64,000 bases of DNA from positions 124,001 through 188,000 of the forward strand of contig CDRNVI010000034.1 of NCBI GenBank assembly GCA_977017575.1. Reading direction: 5' to 3'. Positions 54,026-64,000 of the stretch are shown in pieces. Origin of the DNA: Paramoeba atlantica. Its lineage: Eukaryota > Protista > Discosea. The number at the start of each line of letters is the position of its first letter. Within the stretch, counting starts at the first letter, position 1. Under the pieces are notes generated by a model. The model had not been told where the DNA came from. It worked only from the letters and a program-made list of their open reading frames with translations, and ran no database searches. A program made the position numbers and the translations under genes.

Positions 54026-54763
54026 TAATGATTTCAAAGAATTTGGCAGCGAAGTCAAGTCGGGTGTTCCAGTAAATGAATTACCGTCAAGATAAAGATC
54101 TACTAGTCCTGCGGGAAGTGTACTGAGAGACACTTCACCATTAAACTTGTTGTGGGATATACCCAATCTTCGCATTTTTGGAGGGAGTGAAGTCAAGTCC
54201 ACGGACCCGGAAAATTTATTACTGTTCAAAAGGAATATTTCCAGATTTGATGGTAAATAGTTCCATGGAACTTCACCTGTAAGACCTTTTACTTGGTAAG
54301 ACATATCAAGAATTTGAAGAGTATGAGGCAAATAAACGAGATGCAGCGCACCTTCGATTTTACCAAGGCCCAAGAAAGCGTTTTCAGCTTTGGGAAAAAG
54401 TTCCACTTCATTAATGAATCTTCCCATGTACTTAAAAACGGAGGGATTCGGATCCCATTCGAATGGTTTCTTCCAGTTTAGCTCAGATACTTCGCCTCTT
54501 TCATTGCACTTCACGTAAGCCCACTCACAGGCTGGGGTACTACTCTTCCATGACGGATGCGGATTCGTAATATCTTGCACAAGATCCGCAAGTTCTAGTT
54601 CTTGTGGGCGATTCGCAGAACTTACCTTAGCGACACGAGGCTTTCGCGTGACTTCTGGAACATCCATGAGATAGAATAAATAAAAGAAGGGGTAATCTAA
54701 TATTAGTATATTATATAGGGGTGTTGTATTATCTAAAAGAAGTGCTGTGTAGAAAGTATACAT
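54026..54763 (-). pseudogene. 5' fragment of the interrupted LRR gene
   Basis: RVAKVSSANRPQELEL, TPACEWAYVKC cap, LRRs ending LPNSLKSL at the junction. Confidence 0.92.
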
Positions 54764-55201
54764 ACAGTGATGTTGAGCGGCATTTCTCGCTTTACAGATC
54801 GTGAATGTTCTTTGATCTCGAAGATATTTTGTGTACAACCGTTTTTCGATCCCAGCGTTCCATATCCGCTGTCCTTTTCACTCCAGTGAATGACTTACAC
54901 AAAGTGTAACAAACACAGAAAATAGGGTTATACATTTAGATGTGTTGACGCCTGGGCTCAATGATGCGAATTACGTCCCGCTTGCAGTCAAGCAGTCAAG
55001 AGGATTTTGCAAGCTTACTTCGATCTTGTTTCTTAAAAATTAGAATTGAGAATATTATAAAATTTGAAAGATTCGATCAAAATAAAAGTTAGCCCCCGAA
55101 CCCCGTAGCGCACGAAGATTCAATGATTCCTACATTTTGGGAAAAATAGGCGGTTAAATCTTTTTGGAAGCGAAACATCCCCTGGCCATAATATTATCAA
55201 A

Positions 55202-55819
55202 TTAATAATTCAGTTCGCGACGGAGGAAATTTTTCGGGCTTTGCAGCCAGGCAAGTGAAGTGACTTGCTTCTCTCCCCACATGCGAAATAAGATGGCGAG
55301 AAACACAAAGGGGAAGGCTATTGTGTGAAACACACAGTCAAGAAGCAGCGTAAAAACGGCGAGCCCTACCCAACGTGGGTGCTGCAGAGCTATTCGCCCA
55401 AAGATAAAACACAACACCGCGGCCCCGGCCAGGAAATACGTCGGACTAAATCGCCACCGGGCCCAGTGCCAATACCGTGGCATCTCATCCAGATTTCGGG
55501 CGATCCACTCAGGGAGAAGGCGGTAGTAAAAGTGTTGAGTGTCGGAGAGTAAGTTGCGATAACGTTTGTCATTGCTGGGGGCCTGGCTGATAAACACGTA
55601 AGCGTTGTCGACTTCTCTCATACGATTCGCGTCTCCAACACCATCCGCAGCCAGTGTGGGGTTGTACTTATTCATTAAGTCATTGTAGCGATCGCGCAGT
55701 TCCGCGGTGGAAGCCCCACGACGTAGATTCAATACGTCCCATGGGTTGTACTGCGGACCCGTGGAGAGAAGAAAAAATTTCGAAGAACGAACTTTTGTGC
55801 AGAGTGTTCTAAGAAGCAT
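55202..55819 (-). CDS. J-like (DnaJ-fold, HPD-less) membrane protein, probably mitochondrial
   Basis: NPWDVLNLRRGASTAELRDRYNDLMNKYNPT..MREVDNAY; HPD replaced by NPT; C-terminal hydrophobic helices; presequence-like N-terminus. Confidence 0.75.
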   Translation of the reverse strand: MLLRTLCTKVRSSKFFLLSTGPQYNPWDVLNLRRGASTAELRDRYNDLMNKYNPTLAADGVGDANRMREVDNAYVFISQAPSNDKRYRNLLSDTQHFYYRLLPEWIARNLDEMPRYWHWARWRFSPTYFLAGAAVLCFIFGRIALQHPRWVGLAVFTLLLDCVFHTIAFPFVFLAILFRMWGEKQVTSLAWLQSPKNFLRRELNY

Positions 55820-56120
55820 AAGTAGTTTTTCAGTAAAATAAATCTAGACTCAATAATAAAAAGTGATTTTCGTGCTTAAGACATTGCGCTGTAATAATAA
55901 ATTATGCCGCATGTAGGCAGGTAGAAAAACTGTATTCTGATTTACGAGATACATACCAATCAAACTTCGTTTCAAGCAAAAGCACGCACATCACATACAA
56001 AACAAGTAATACAGAAAATAATTATTTACGAAAAATTATGAAAAAGGAAGACATTGTTTACTAAACGTTGACTTATTAACTGACTCAAAAAAGATAAAAA
56101 ACGCGCCAAGCTTCCTACAT

Positions 56121-57746
56121 TTAATCCGAATCCGAATCCAATTTCGTGGACGCCTTATTTTGCATTGGTGTCGGAGCCTGTCCGCCTCGTCCACGAGGAG
56201 CACCCCCACGGAATCCCCCACGGTCTCCCCCGCGAAACCCTCCCCGATCTCCTCCCCGAAACCCTCCCCGATCTCCCCCGCGAAACCCTCCCCGGTCTCC
56301 TCCTCGAAACCCTCCCCGGTCCCCTCCACGAAACCCGCCGCGGTCTCCCCCACGAAATCCACCGCGGTCACCTCCACGAAACCCACCCCGGTCTCCCCCA
56401 CCTCGGAATCCCCCACGGTCTCCCCCACGGAACCCCCCACCCCGGTCCCCTCCACGAAACCCTCCCCGGTCTCCCCCACCCCGTCCCGCAGGGGAGCCAT
56501 ACCCCCCAGGGGAGCCTGCACTGCTGTTCCGGCCATACCCCCCGGTGGAGGAACCCCCATGCTCATTTCGATCGTTCCGCGATCGGTGAAACGGCGAAGG
56601 CGTCTCCCCCTCTCCCTGACCCCGAGCAACCTTCCCCGAGGCGCCGCCGTGGTCCTCCTCGGTCTCACGAATCCGTTTCTTGATCATCATTTGTTGTTGT
56701 TGTTGTTGTTTCTTGGTTTCTTCATCACTCTCCCCCGAGGATTCACTGTCCTCCTCGGTACCCCGTGCCACAGCCTCGGTGGCGGTACGTGGGGGTGGGC
56801 GCGCCCCGGAGTGCGCTCCCTGATGTTTACGCATAAACGGGTCGTACCCCTCCCCACTCTCATCCGTGCTCCCGCTACTCTCCGAGTCACTCGGGAGTGC
56901 GGGCATAGGGGAGCGGCCAGCTCCTTTAGTAGCGTGTTGTTGCTGGCTTACCTTTGACACGGATGGGGAAGCCGAAGTGGTAGAAGACACGCCTTGGGCG
57001 TTCTTGTGGCTCTTCTTGTTGTTCGTATCCCCGACAGGTCGGGGAAGGGAGTCGGAGAGGTCACTGTCACTTTCACTACCACTGGGGGAGGGTAGCGTGG
57101 GGAGGGGGGTGGTTCGTTTTGTCGTTTGTGGGTGTACCGTCCCTTTTTTCTTTTCAGTTTTCTCCCCCTCACTGGAGGAGAGATCACTGGAGAGATCATG
57201 GTCCAGTTTCGGCAGCGGGGTGGGCTTGGAGGGAGTTGGTTTTTGAGCCGGGCTTCGCGTGAGACGTGGCTTCACCGGGGGGAGGTCACTCTCGGAGCTG
57301 TCGTCGGAGTCCGGGGAGGGGGGGAGACGTGCGGGGGGTTTCTTGTGGGAGGGTTTGGCTGCGGAGGACCCGGGGGAGGGGTGCGGGGGCTTTGCCGCGA
57401 CGGGGAGTGTGGGCTTACGAGATACCGGAGGCAAGTCCGCGTCGGAAAGATCGCTGGAGTCTTCCGGAGCGGCGGGGGCTCGCGGTGGGATTGGTTTTGT
57501 GCGAGGCTGGGGCTTGTCACGGGAGTGGGCTTTGGGCTCCGCGCGCGGACTGGGTTTGGGTAGAGAAGCCGCCGGGAGTCGCGGGGAGGGTTGGATCTTC
57601 TTGGAACTCGTCTTCGGAAACAACTGAGAGGAAAGCGTCACAATGTTCGGTGAAGTTTTTTCTACCGCCCGAACCACCTCGTGGAGCTGCGCATTCACAC
57701 TGTACTTGTAGAAATAAGCCTCCAGAAATTCGTTACGGTCAGGCAT
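56121..57746 (-). CDS. Low-complexity Ser/Pro-rich protein with C-terminal RGG box (nucleolar/RNA-binding candidate)
   Basis: About 12 GGFRGGDR repeats; SDSE acidic-serine patches; short helical N-terminal domain. Confidence 0.8.
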   Translation of the reverse strand: MPDRNEFLEAYFYKYSVNAQLHEVVRAVEKTSPNIVTLSSQLFPKTSSKKIQPSPRLPAASLPKPSPRAEPKAHSRDKPQPRTKPIPPRAPAAPEDSSDLSDADLPPVSRKPTLPVAAKPPHPSPGSSAAKPSHKKPPARLPPSPDSDDSSESDLPPVKPRLTRSPAQKPTPSKPTPLPKLDHDLSSDLSSSEGEKTEKKKGTVHPQTTKRTTPLPTLPSPSGSESDSDLSDSLPRPVGDTNNKKSHKNAQGVSSTTSASPSVSKVSQQQHATKGAGRSPMPALPSDSESSGSTDESGEGYDPFMRKHQGAHSGARPPPRTATEAVARGTEEDSESSGESDEETKKQQQQQQMMIKKRIRETEEDHGGASGKVARGQGEGETPSPFHRSRNDRNEHGGSSTGGYGRNSSAGSPGGYGSPAGRGGGDRGGFRGGDRGGGFRGGDRGGFRGGGDRGGFRGGDRGGFRGGDRGGFRGGDRGGFRGGDRGGFRGGDRGGFRGGDRGGFRGGDRGGFRGGAPRGRGGQAPTPMQNKASTKLDSDSD

Positions 57747-59496
57747 TACGTTAAGAAAATGTGCGTTTTTAGAAATGATTCTATAAATATGACTCCAAAA
57801 AATGATCTTTAGTGCATCTTACGCACGAAAATAGCATGGCTAAAATGGGAACTGCTTAAGGCAAGAGGTCTTATACCTTTAGATAGACTGATCAATGAAT
57901 ACTGCGTCTTGATAAAAGCGTATATTGCCATGGTTGCATAAATACTGCTCGACCCTCGATTATTGAAAAAAAATATACACATGTAAACAAAAACAGTGAA
58001 AACGGTGAAAGGGAACCGGTCTTGCGCCAAAATTTAAATTTTTCGAAAAAGAGTCATAATTATTCTAAAGAGTCATTTTGAAGCAAATACATCAGTTTGT
58101 CTGATACTTTTCCACCTTTTTGGCGACTTTGGACATAAATTGTCGGCAGTGCGCTTATTTTTCTTGTACCGACAACTGGTCATACACAGTTTTGGCAGCG
58201 ATAAGCGAAAGGGACATTATGCAATGGCTATTGGACCACAAGCTTGTATACCAACGTGTAGAGTGTGCTAAAAGCCTTGAGCCGAGTAAAGTAGAACATT
58301 CAATTAGTGATGAGAAAAGAAGAAAAAAAGTAAGACTTCTTGGTATTTTTTTTGGCGCAAAACCGGTTCCCTTTGACCGTGAAAACATAAAGAGGAATAC
58401 AGCAATATACTGTGACCCCCCTTTATACTTCGTTTTTTCGTGTGATCCCCCCGAGGGGTCCGAGTTTTTTTAAATTTTCGTAAATTTTACAACACAAATT
58501 ATGAAGAAGGTTCTAAATATTCATATTAGCTTCCGAACACATTTTTGGCGATATTTTCCCACATATTTTTGTGATGTGCCCATGATAGCACGTGGTAGAA
58601 TCACAGTGACTTGATAGCGAAAGTTGCGACGAAGTTATCTTAGATCCAATGACTACATATCCTTGAGAATGGAAAGGTGATGGAGACAAAATTAAACACT
58701 CAAAAGTGGGGTCCAGGAAGAGAAGAAAAGATAATTCTTCTGTTCTCAGCAGCGAAAAGTCGCCACACGAGACGTTTCAAAGCTCAAAAAAAAATTGAAA
58801 AGTGCGCACCCAGGACACGAAACTGTTTCTTCTCCGTCTTCTTGTTTCAAACAGAGCGAAAAGGTTTACTCCATGCTTCACGAGACATGCTCTCATGGAA
58901 TCAAACGGGCAAACTCTAAACACATATTAATTGACTCGGACGAGAAGGATTTTTCACACTTCGACGAAGAAAAGACAAGAGTCGAGTGGAAAAAACTTCA
59001 ACGCTGGAGTCGTATGATACCGGATACCTCGTGTTCACGAGTTTTAAGGCTCTACAATGACTACCATTCGTCGGAAGATATTTTCAGTCGAAAAATATCG
59101 AGTTTAGAGTCTAAAGAGACTGGAGTTTCGATAGGAGAACGAGACCTATCAAACGCGATTAAAATGAGCGAAAATGCGAAACATATGATTTCTTAAAAAA
59201 GAAAAAATGTAAAAAAAGTGGAGAGTTCCAGAAAAATGGTATCCAAAAACCATGTCTTTTGGACCCAGGGGGCCTCCATGAAAAAAAGGCTGCAAAGCTC
59301 TTCGCTAGGACAACAAGATCTCTCAAATATTACAGAGATGAGTAAAAACCGGATAAAGAAAGTAAACTTTCAGCGGAGGGGGGCAAGATTTCTGTATCAG
59401 AGAAAAAAGTTCGGGTCAAAATGGGTGAAAATGTACCAGAATAGGGTAATTTCTTGTTTCGTTTCTCCATTTCATGCCAAAGAAGCGTTAAACCTA

Positions 59497-59940
59497 CGTT
59501 ACGGGCTTTAAAGCAGTATTCTCCCCCATGGCTATGGGTCTATATGAGGAGTGGTGTCCGGCCGGGGCGTCCGGTTTAGTAAATAGTTTCAGGGCCGCCC
59601 CTGTTAGTAGCTCCCTCATAGAGGGGGGGAGGGAGTTAGTCACTATGCCCTGGATTATCCACGTAACACAATCCCGGGGTCCCTCCTCCAAGAGGACTGG
59701 GATCAGAAGCTCCTTGGTCCATCCCGTGGGACCAGGGGCACGGAGAGGTGCCAGGCTTTGGGCCTTCCTGGCCACGTCCGCTGGGGAAGGTAGAGGGCCG
59801 TGACGGTCTTTATTGTATTGGAATAGCCCCGCAGTGTAGGGACCTCCCGTGGGGTGGAGTCGCTTCGCCTGTTCTAGAGCGGCCTGGGGGTTGGCAGGGG
59901 GGTTAAGAGGTGCCTCGAGGGTTTTAGCAGCTCTCGAGAA
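59497..59940 (-). pseudogene. CRE/SLACS-clade reverse transcriptase N-terminal fragment
   Basis: FSRAAKTLE..KRLHP..APGPTGWTKELL..KP..YRPIAMGE. Confidence 0.78.
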
Positions 59941-60377
59941 GCATTAATGTTAGTTTGAACGTCTTAAAGAGTCTTTATATACGCAATTCTGCTGCGAAAG
60001 CCAATGGAAAAAGAAAAATAGCAAAAACAAATCTGGTAGTAAATTTTCATTCTTTGGTACATTCTCGCCCAACATTATACAAAAGTTCTTTGCAGTATTC
60101 ATGTGTAATACATACAATGTAGTATTCATGTGTATACTAAGTGTGATTCCACTACATCAAAACAACTACACTACACAGGAGGAGAGTATAAAATAACTAT
60201 ATTGCACGAGAAAGTACTACTACACAGAAAACCATAAAATACAAATGTGTTTATGTACCTTATATACATAACCTTACGTATCTTTCTTTATGTATTACAT
60301 GAAGATAAAAATGCATAAATTTTACCACAATTTTATCCATAATTATTTCGACCCGTCTTCTATATTTTATGATAATT

Positions 60378-61013
60378 TTAATCGGCCTGTATGGTGCTAA
60401 CTGTGATCGAAGTTCTCTCAAACTCATAGTTTTGCAACGATGCCGGCAAAACATTCGGCATTATAGTCCCGTATAAACCATTGTTCCACTGCAAATGAAG
60501 TACAGAAAGCCAAGGTGGAAGGGAATGAAATTCAACAAGTCCACTGAAATTATTGTGGTTTAGACGCAAGTCTTCTAAAGACTCAGGGAGTTGAACCAAG
60601 TTTACATTCCCGTAAAAGAGGTTGTTACCTAAGTCAAACTTGATGAGCCTTGGAGGCAACTTGTCAAAAGGTACCGTTCCCTCAAAGAAATTTTCAAGTT
60701 CGCCACAGTAAAATACGATGTCCGCAAGATTTAGTTCGAGTAAGGTTTGGGGAAGATCCTGGAAAGCGACTGTGCCTTTTAAACCCTCGCCAGGCCAACT
60801 AATTGAAGTGATCTCTCCGTGCTCTTCGCATTTTACACCTTTCCATGTAGAGACAGGCTTATCAACCTTCCACGAAATGTCTGGATTTTGTATTCCTTGG
60901 ATAACCTTTTCCATTACCAACTCTTGTGGAAGAGTGAACCGGCGGGCCTTCCCCAGAATGGTAGACTTGACCTCTGCATCTGCACCTTTTACAAAGTTTA
61001 AACACCCGTTCAT
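60378..61013 (-). CDS. Short LRR protein (tandem pair, copy A)
   Basis: ILGKARRFTLPQELVM, STWKGVKC cap, LRRs. Confidence 0.92.
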   Translation of the reverse strand: MNGCLNFVKGADAEVKSTILGKARRFTLPQELVMEKVIQGIQNPDISWKVDKPVSTWKGVKCEEHGEITSISWPGEGLKGTVAFQDLPQTLLELNLADIVFYCGELENFFEGTVPFDKLPPRLIKFDLGNNLFYGNVNLVQLPESLEDLRLNHNNFSGLVEFHSLPPWLSVLHLQWNNGLYGTIMPNVLPASLQNYEFERTSITVSTIQAD

Positions 61014-61377
61014 GAATACTGATCAAGATATTGATATGCTAAGTAGGCTATGGAAAACAGAAATGCTGCATATTTGTGAGCTTTATTTCTAAAGCATGAG
61101 GCAATACAATGTAGCTAAAAATGTCAAATACAGAGGGCAAGCTAAATTTGATTCACCTTAAACATACATCATATACACATGGGTATGATTTAACATAATT
61201 TTATGGTTCATGCAGTAAACTGCAGATATTAAGGCAGAAAACGATAGGGAGTTTCCCCGTTAGTGCGCCTAAAACGCACTTTATTCTTTGGCTTGATCGG
61301 CTGACTAAAACGTAAAAAAACAAATTTAAAAATATATGAATTGGCATGCTTCCCCTAGTTTCTTACGGGAATTCACC

Positions 61378-62007
61378 CTACGCAACAATAATCGCAGTTT
61401 TTCTAAAATGATATATTTGCAATGATACAGGCAAAATGCTTTTCTTGACAGTCCCGTATAAGCCTTTGTTCCATTCCAAATGAAGCACAGAAAGCAAGGG
61501 TGGAAGGGAATGAAATTCAACAAGTCCACTGAAATTATTGTGGTTTAGACGCAAGTCTTCTAAAGACTCAGGGAGTTGAACCAAGTTTACATTCCCGTAA
61601 AAGAGGTTGCTACCTAGGTCAAACTTGATAAGCTTTGGCGGCAACTTGTCAAAAGGTACCGTTCCCTCAAAGAAATTTTCAAGTTCTCCACAGGAAAACA
61701 CGGTTTCACCAAGATTTAGTTCGAGTAAGGTTTGGGGAAGGTCCTGGAAAGCGATTGTGCCTTTTAACCATTCGCCAGGCCAACTAATTGAAATGATCTC
61801 TCCATGTTCTTCGCATTTTACACCTTTCCATGTAGAGACAGGCTTATCAACCTTCCACGAAATGTCTGGATTTTGTATTCCTTGGATAACCTTTTCCATT
61901 ACCAACTCTTGTGGAAGGGTGAAACGACGGGCTTTCCCCAGAATGGTAGACTTGACTTCTGCGTCTGCACCTTTTACAAAGTTTAAACACCCGTTCATGA
62001 ATTGCAT
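61378..62007 (-). CDS. Short LRR protein (tandem pair, copy B)
   Basis: Paralog of 60378-61013. Confidence 0.92.
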   Translation of the reverse strand: MQFMNGCLNFVKGADAEVKSTILGKARRFTLPQELVMEKVIQGIQNPDISWKVDKPVSTWKGVKCEEHGEIISISWPGEWLKGTIAFQDLPQTLLELNLGETVFSCGELENFFEGTVPFDKLPPKLIKFDLGSNLFYGNVNLVQLPESLEDLRLNHNNFSGLVEFHSLPPLLSVLHLEWNKGLYGTVKKSILPVSLQIYHFRKTAIIVA

Positions 62008-62613
62008 TACACGAACGAATAGTTGAAAAAAATGAACCGAAGTTCAGTAGATTCTGCTTAGAAATGTATACCGCGAAAACTATCGCTTGGAAAGCTTTCA
62101 ATAAAAATGTATACCCATCAATGTAGATCAAGAGATCCTACAAAAAAATAGTATTTCCCAGTTTTTGTTGATGCCCTGGACTTAGCTCCGAGTAAATTAA
62201 GCATCATGAGCACAACTAAACATTTTTCGCTTCCATGTGTAAGTAAAATTATGTTTCGTATATACACTGTATATTATAATGTGTACCTGGTTGGGCATAA
62301 TGCATGTATCGGCTCTCCACGTGAATAAGAAGTACATAGTGTATATAATGAAGTGAATAAGAAGCAATTCCCTATGAACACACCAAAAAGAAAAAAAAAC
62401 TAAATGGAAGATATTATTTTTTAGGAATAGTAGGAATTGCAAGACTTACTTTGTATCTTATCTCCCTCGCCCTACGTGGCTGAGTTTTAAACAAAATATC
62501 ATTGCAAGCGTAATGTATATCCGCGCTCCCCTTTAAATAAGGTCAGAACGATGGTAGTGATTATAAGTCGTTGAATAAATGATAATTTCATAAAACGACT
62601 GATATGTGCTTGG

Positions 62614-63453
62614 CTAGAAAGATGATACCTCATGGCATATAGTGCATTTCATTAAGAGCGTTTGTTTGTCTTGGTACACTCCAGTAATCTTCGTTTCGGT
62701 CGGATCAAAGTGGTTCTCCTCGAAACTAAGCGTGTAACCAGAAGGAACTGGGCATAACACCTGTAGTAGCCCCCAAAAATGATTTTCTCTAGCTTCCAAA
62801 AATAAATTGGGTGATACAGGCAGACTAGTGATCAAGACATGTCCAGTGCATCTATTCCTGGCTAAAGAAAGATGTAAAATTCCTGATGGAAGAAAATTAA
62901 AATCTGGTGTCCCATTGAATTTATTCGCTGTAAGTGTGAGTCGACGAAGGACCTCGGGTAGAGATACAAGAGATAAATGCCCTTCCAAATAATTTCCATA
63001 AACGTCAATTTCGCAGATGCTTGAAGGAAGTTCGTCCAAAGGAAGTATACCCAAATGTCGATTTCGCCGAACTATAACGGTTAGAATCCCTAGAGGAAGT
63101 TGCTGAAAATCGAGAGTACCCCCAATAAACACATTTTGTGTTATTTCTATGGTCTTTATGGTTCGAGGCGCAGAGCCCCAAACTAGACTGCCTTTGAAAC
63201 CACGGCGAGACCATCCAATACGTGTGACCTCTCCATCCCAGTCACATGACACGCCATACCACGAACAGATAGGATTCGTTTCGTTCCAAGAGGAATGCGG
63301 GTTTTCAATTCTAGAAAAGAATTGACGCAAGAGAAATTCATTTGGAAGCAGCGATACCCCAGTTTTTCCTCGGAGTGCAGGCGCCCGGGTGCCTGAGGTA
63401 TGAGGTTCATCACGACTACAAAGGAATTGAATCGGTAGACACAACCCGGACAT
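62614..63453 (-). CDS. Short LRR protein
   Basis: ALRGKTGVSLLPNEFLL, NPICSWYGVSC cap, about 7 LRRs. Confidence 0.9.
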   Translation of the reverse strand: MSGLCLPIQFLCSRDEPHTSGTRAPALRGKTGVSLLPNEFLLRQFFSRIENPHSSWNETNPICSWYGVSCDWDGEVTRIGWSRRGFKGSLVWGSAPRTIKTIEITQNVFIGGTLDFQQLPLGILTVIVRRNRHLGILPLDELPSSICEIDVYGNYLEGHLSLVSLPEVLRRLTLTANKFNGTPDFNFLPSGILHLSLARNRCTGHVLITSLPVSPNLFLEARENHFWGLLQVLCPVPSGYTLSFEENHFDPTETKITGVYQDKQTLLMKCTICHEVSSF

Positions 63454-63745
63454 AATAAAATAGAATTTACTACTCCAACCAAAAATAAAACAAGACTGAA
63501 ATTAAATTTAGACTTGAATATTAAAACTATAAATGAATTTAGACCCCACTTTTTCTACTCGTAGCACTCTTGATAGTCAAATTTGTGCAATGCGGGGTCA
63601 ACGAGATTGCACCTTCAGTGACTCATGCATACATCGCATGAGGTACACTTGGCATTCGTGCATTTCGTCAGGTAAGTAGAACACGCACAATATAGCCTCC
63701 TGGGCGAACTCCTTTTCCAACTCTGGACATTTCTTTCATTATGCG

Positions 63746-64000
63746 TTATTCACCCCCCAACTGTCTACCTTTTCCCCAATGTGTTGACCTGCGAGTGCCC
63801 AACCACCCCGCTGAATGAGACGTAGGGTTTGCTGAACTCACCCCGGTGGATCCTTGAAACCGACGTGGGCCATGTTGCCTTGTCCCCGGGAACAGCTTTT
63901 CCACCCATCGGGGGGTGCGTAGCGGATTGAACCGCGTGAGCTGCGGAACCACATCCCGTAAAAAGAAGAATACGTGTCCCGTGACAATCCCCACCACGTC
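63746..64000 (-). CDS. DER1: Derlin (Der1-like) C-terminal part, truncated by the window edge
   Basis: GIVTGHVFFFLRDVVP..LRTPRWVEKLF ... HWGKGRQLG. Confidence 0.75.
   Translation of the reverse strand, partial: DVVGIVTGHVFFFLRDVVPQLTRFNPLRTPRWVEKLFPGTRQHGPRRFQGSTGVSSANPTSHSAGWLGTRRSTHWGKGRQLGGE

Noticed and set aside
56146-57754. Long plus-strand ORFs (PPRN/PPRS repeats and others) opposite the RGG gene
   Set aside because: Shadow frames of a GC-rich repeat. The same applies to antisense ORFs over 8801-10141, 41472-42701 and the retrotransposon.
58120-58300. MQWLLDHKLVYQRVEC, resembling a Merlin/IS1595 transposase N-terminus
   Set aside because: Too short; I found no DDE region or TIRs.
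58795-59196. 133-aa plus-strand ORF with TCSHG, a possible Zisupton/KDZ-like motif
   Set aside because: Only one weak motif, and the ORF runs into a known repeat.

Overview
Eukaryotic, intron-less, repeat-rich DNA that reads as a kinetoplastid-type directional gene cluster. Every credible host gene is on the minus strand, the only plus-strand ORFs I can assign to a family are transposase relics, and a kinetoplastid-like spliced-leader (SL) sequence is present. The short LRR family resembles the expanded family I recall from Perkinsela-like prokinetoplastids; that is recall, not a search result. The window holds 15 LRR genes or pseudogenes and about 9 other host genes (SET-domain, WD40-like, J-like, ILEI-domain membrane protein, RGG-repeat protein, derlin fragment, hypotheticals), plus a dense, nested mobilome. 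Highlights: (1) an intact 4.7-kb HERO/NeSL-like RLE non-LTR retrotransposon (49333-54025) splits an LRR gene in frame, carries three Mer3/HFM1-type zinc-finger motifs, and starts with an SL copy followed by a relic SL that begins exactly after the SL-internal AG, implying repeated trans-splicing and retrotransposition; (2) a tRNA-derived SINE with a 14-bp TSD and (CTT)n tail (1644-2064); (3) a ~0.9-kb non-coding element with asymmetric hairpin ends that inserts between A and T without a TSD and carries foreign cargo (rolling-circle-like); (4) a hAT transposase gene that can be rebuilt in frame across about 4 kb of insertions nested up to four deep. All calls come from reading the sequence; no database searches were run.
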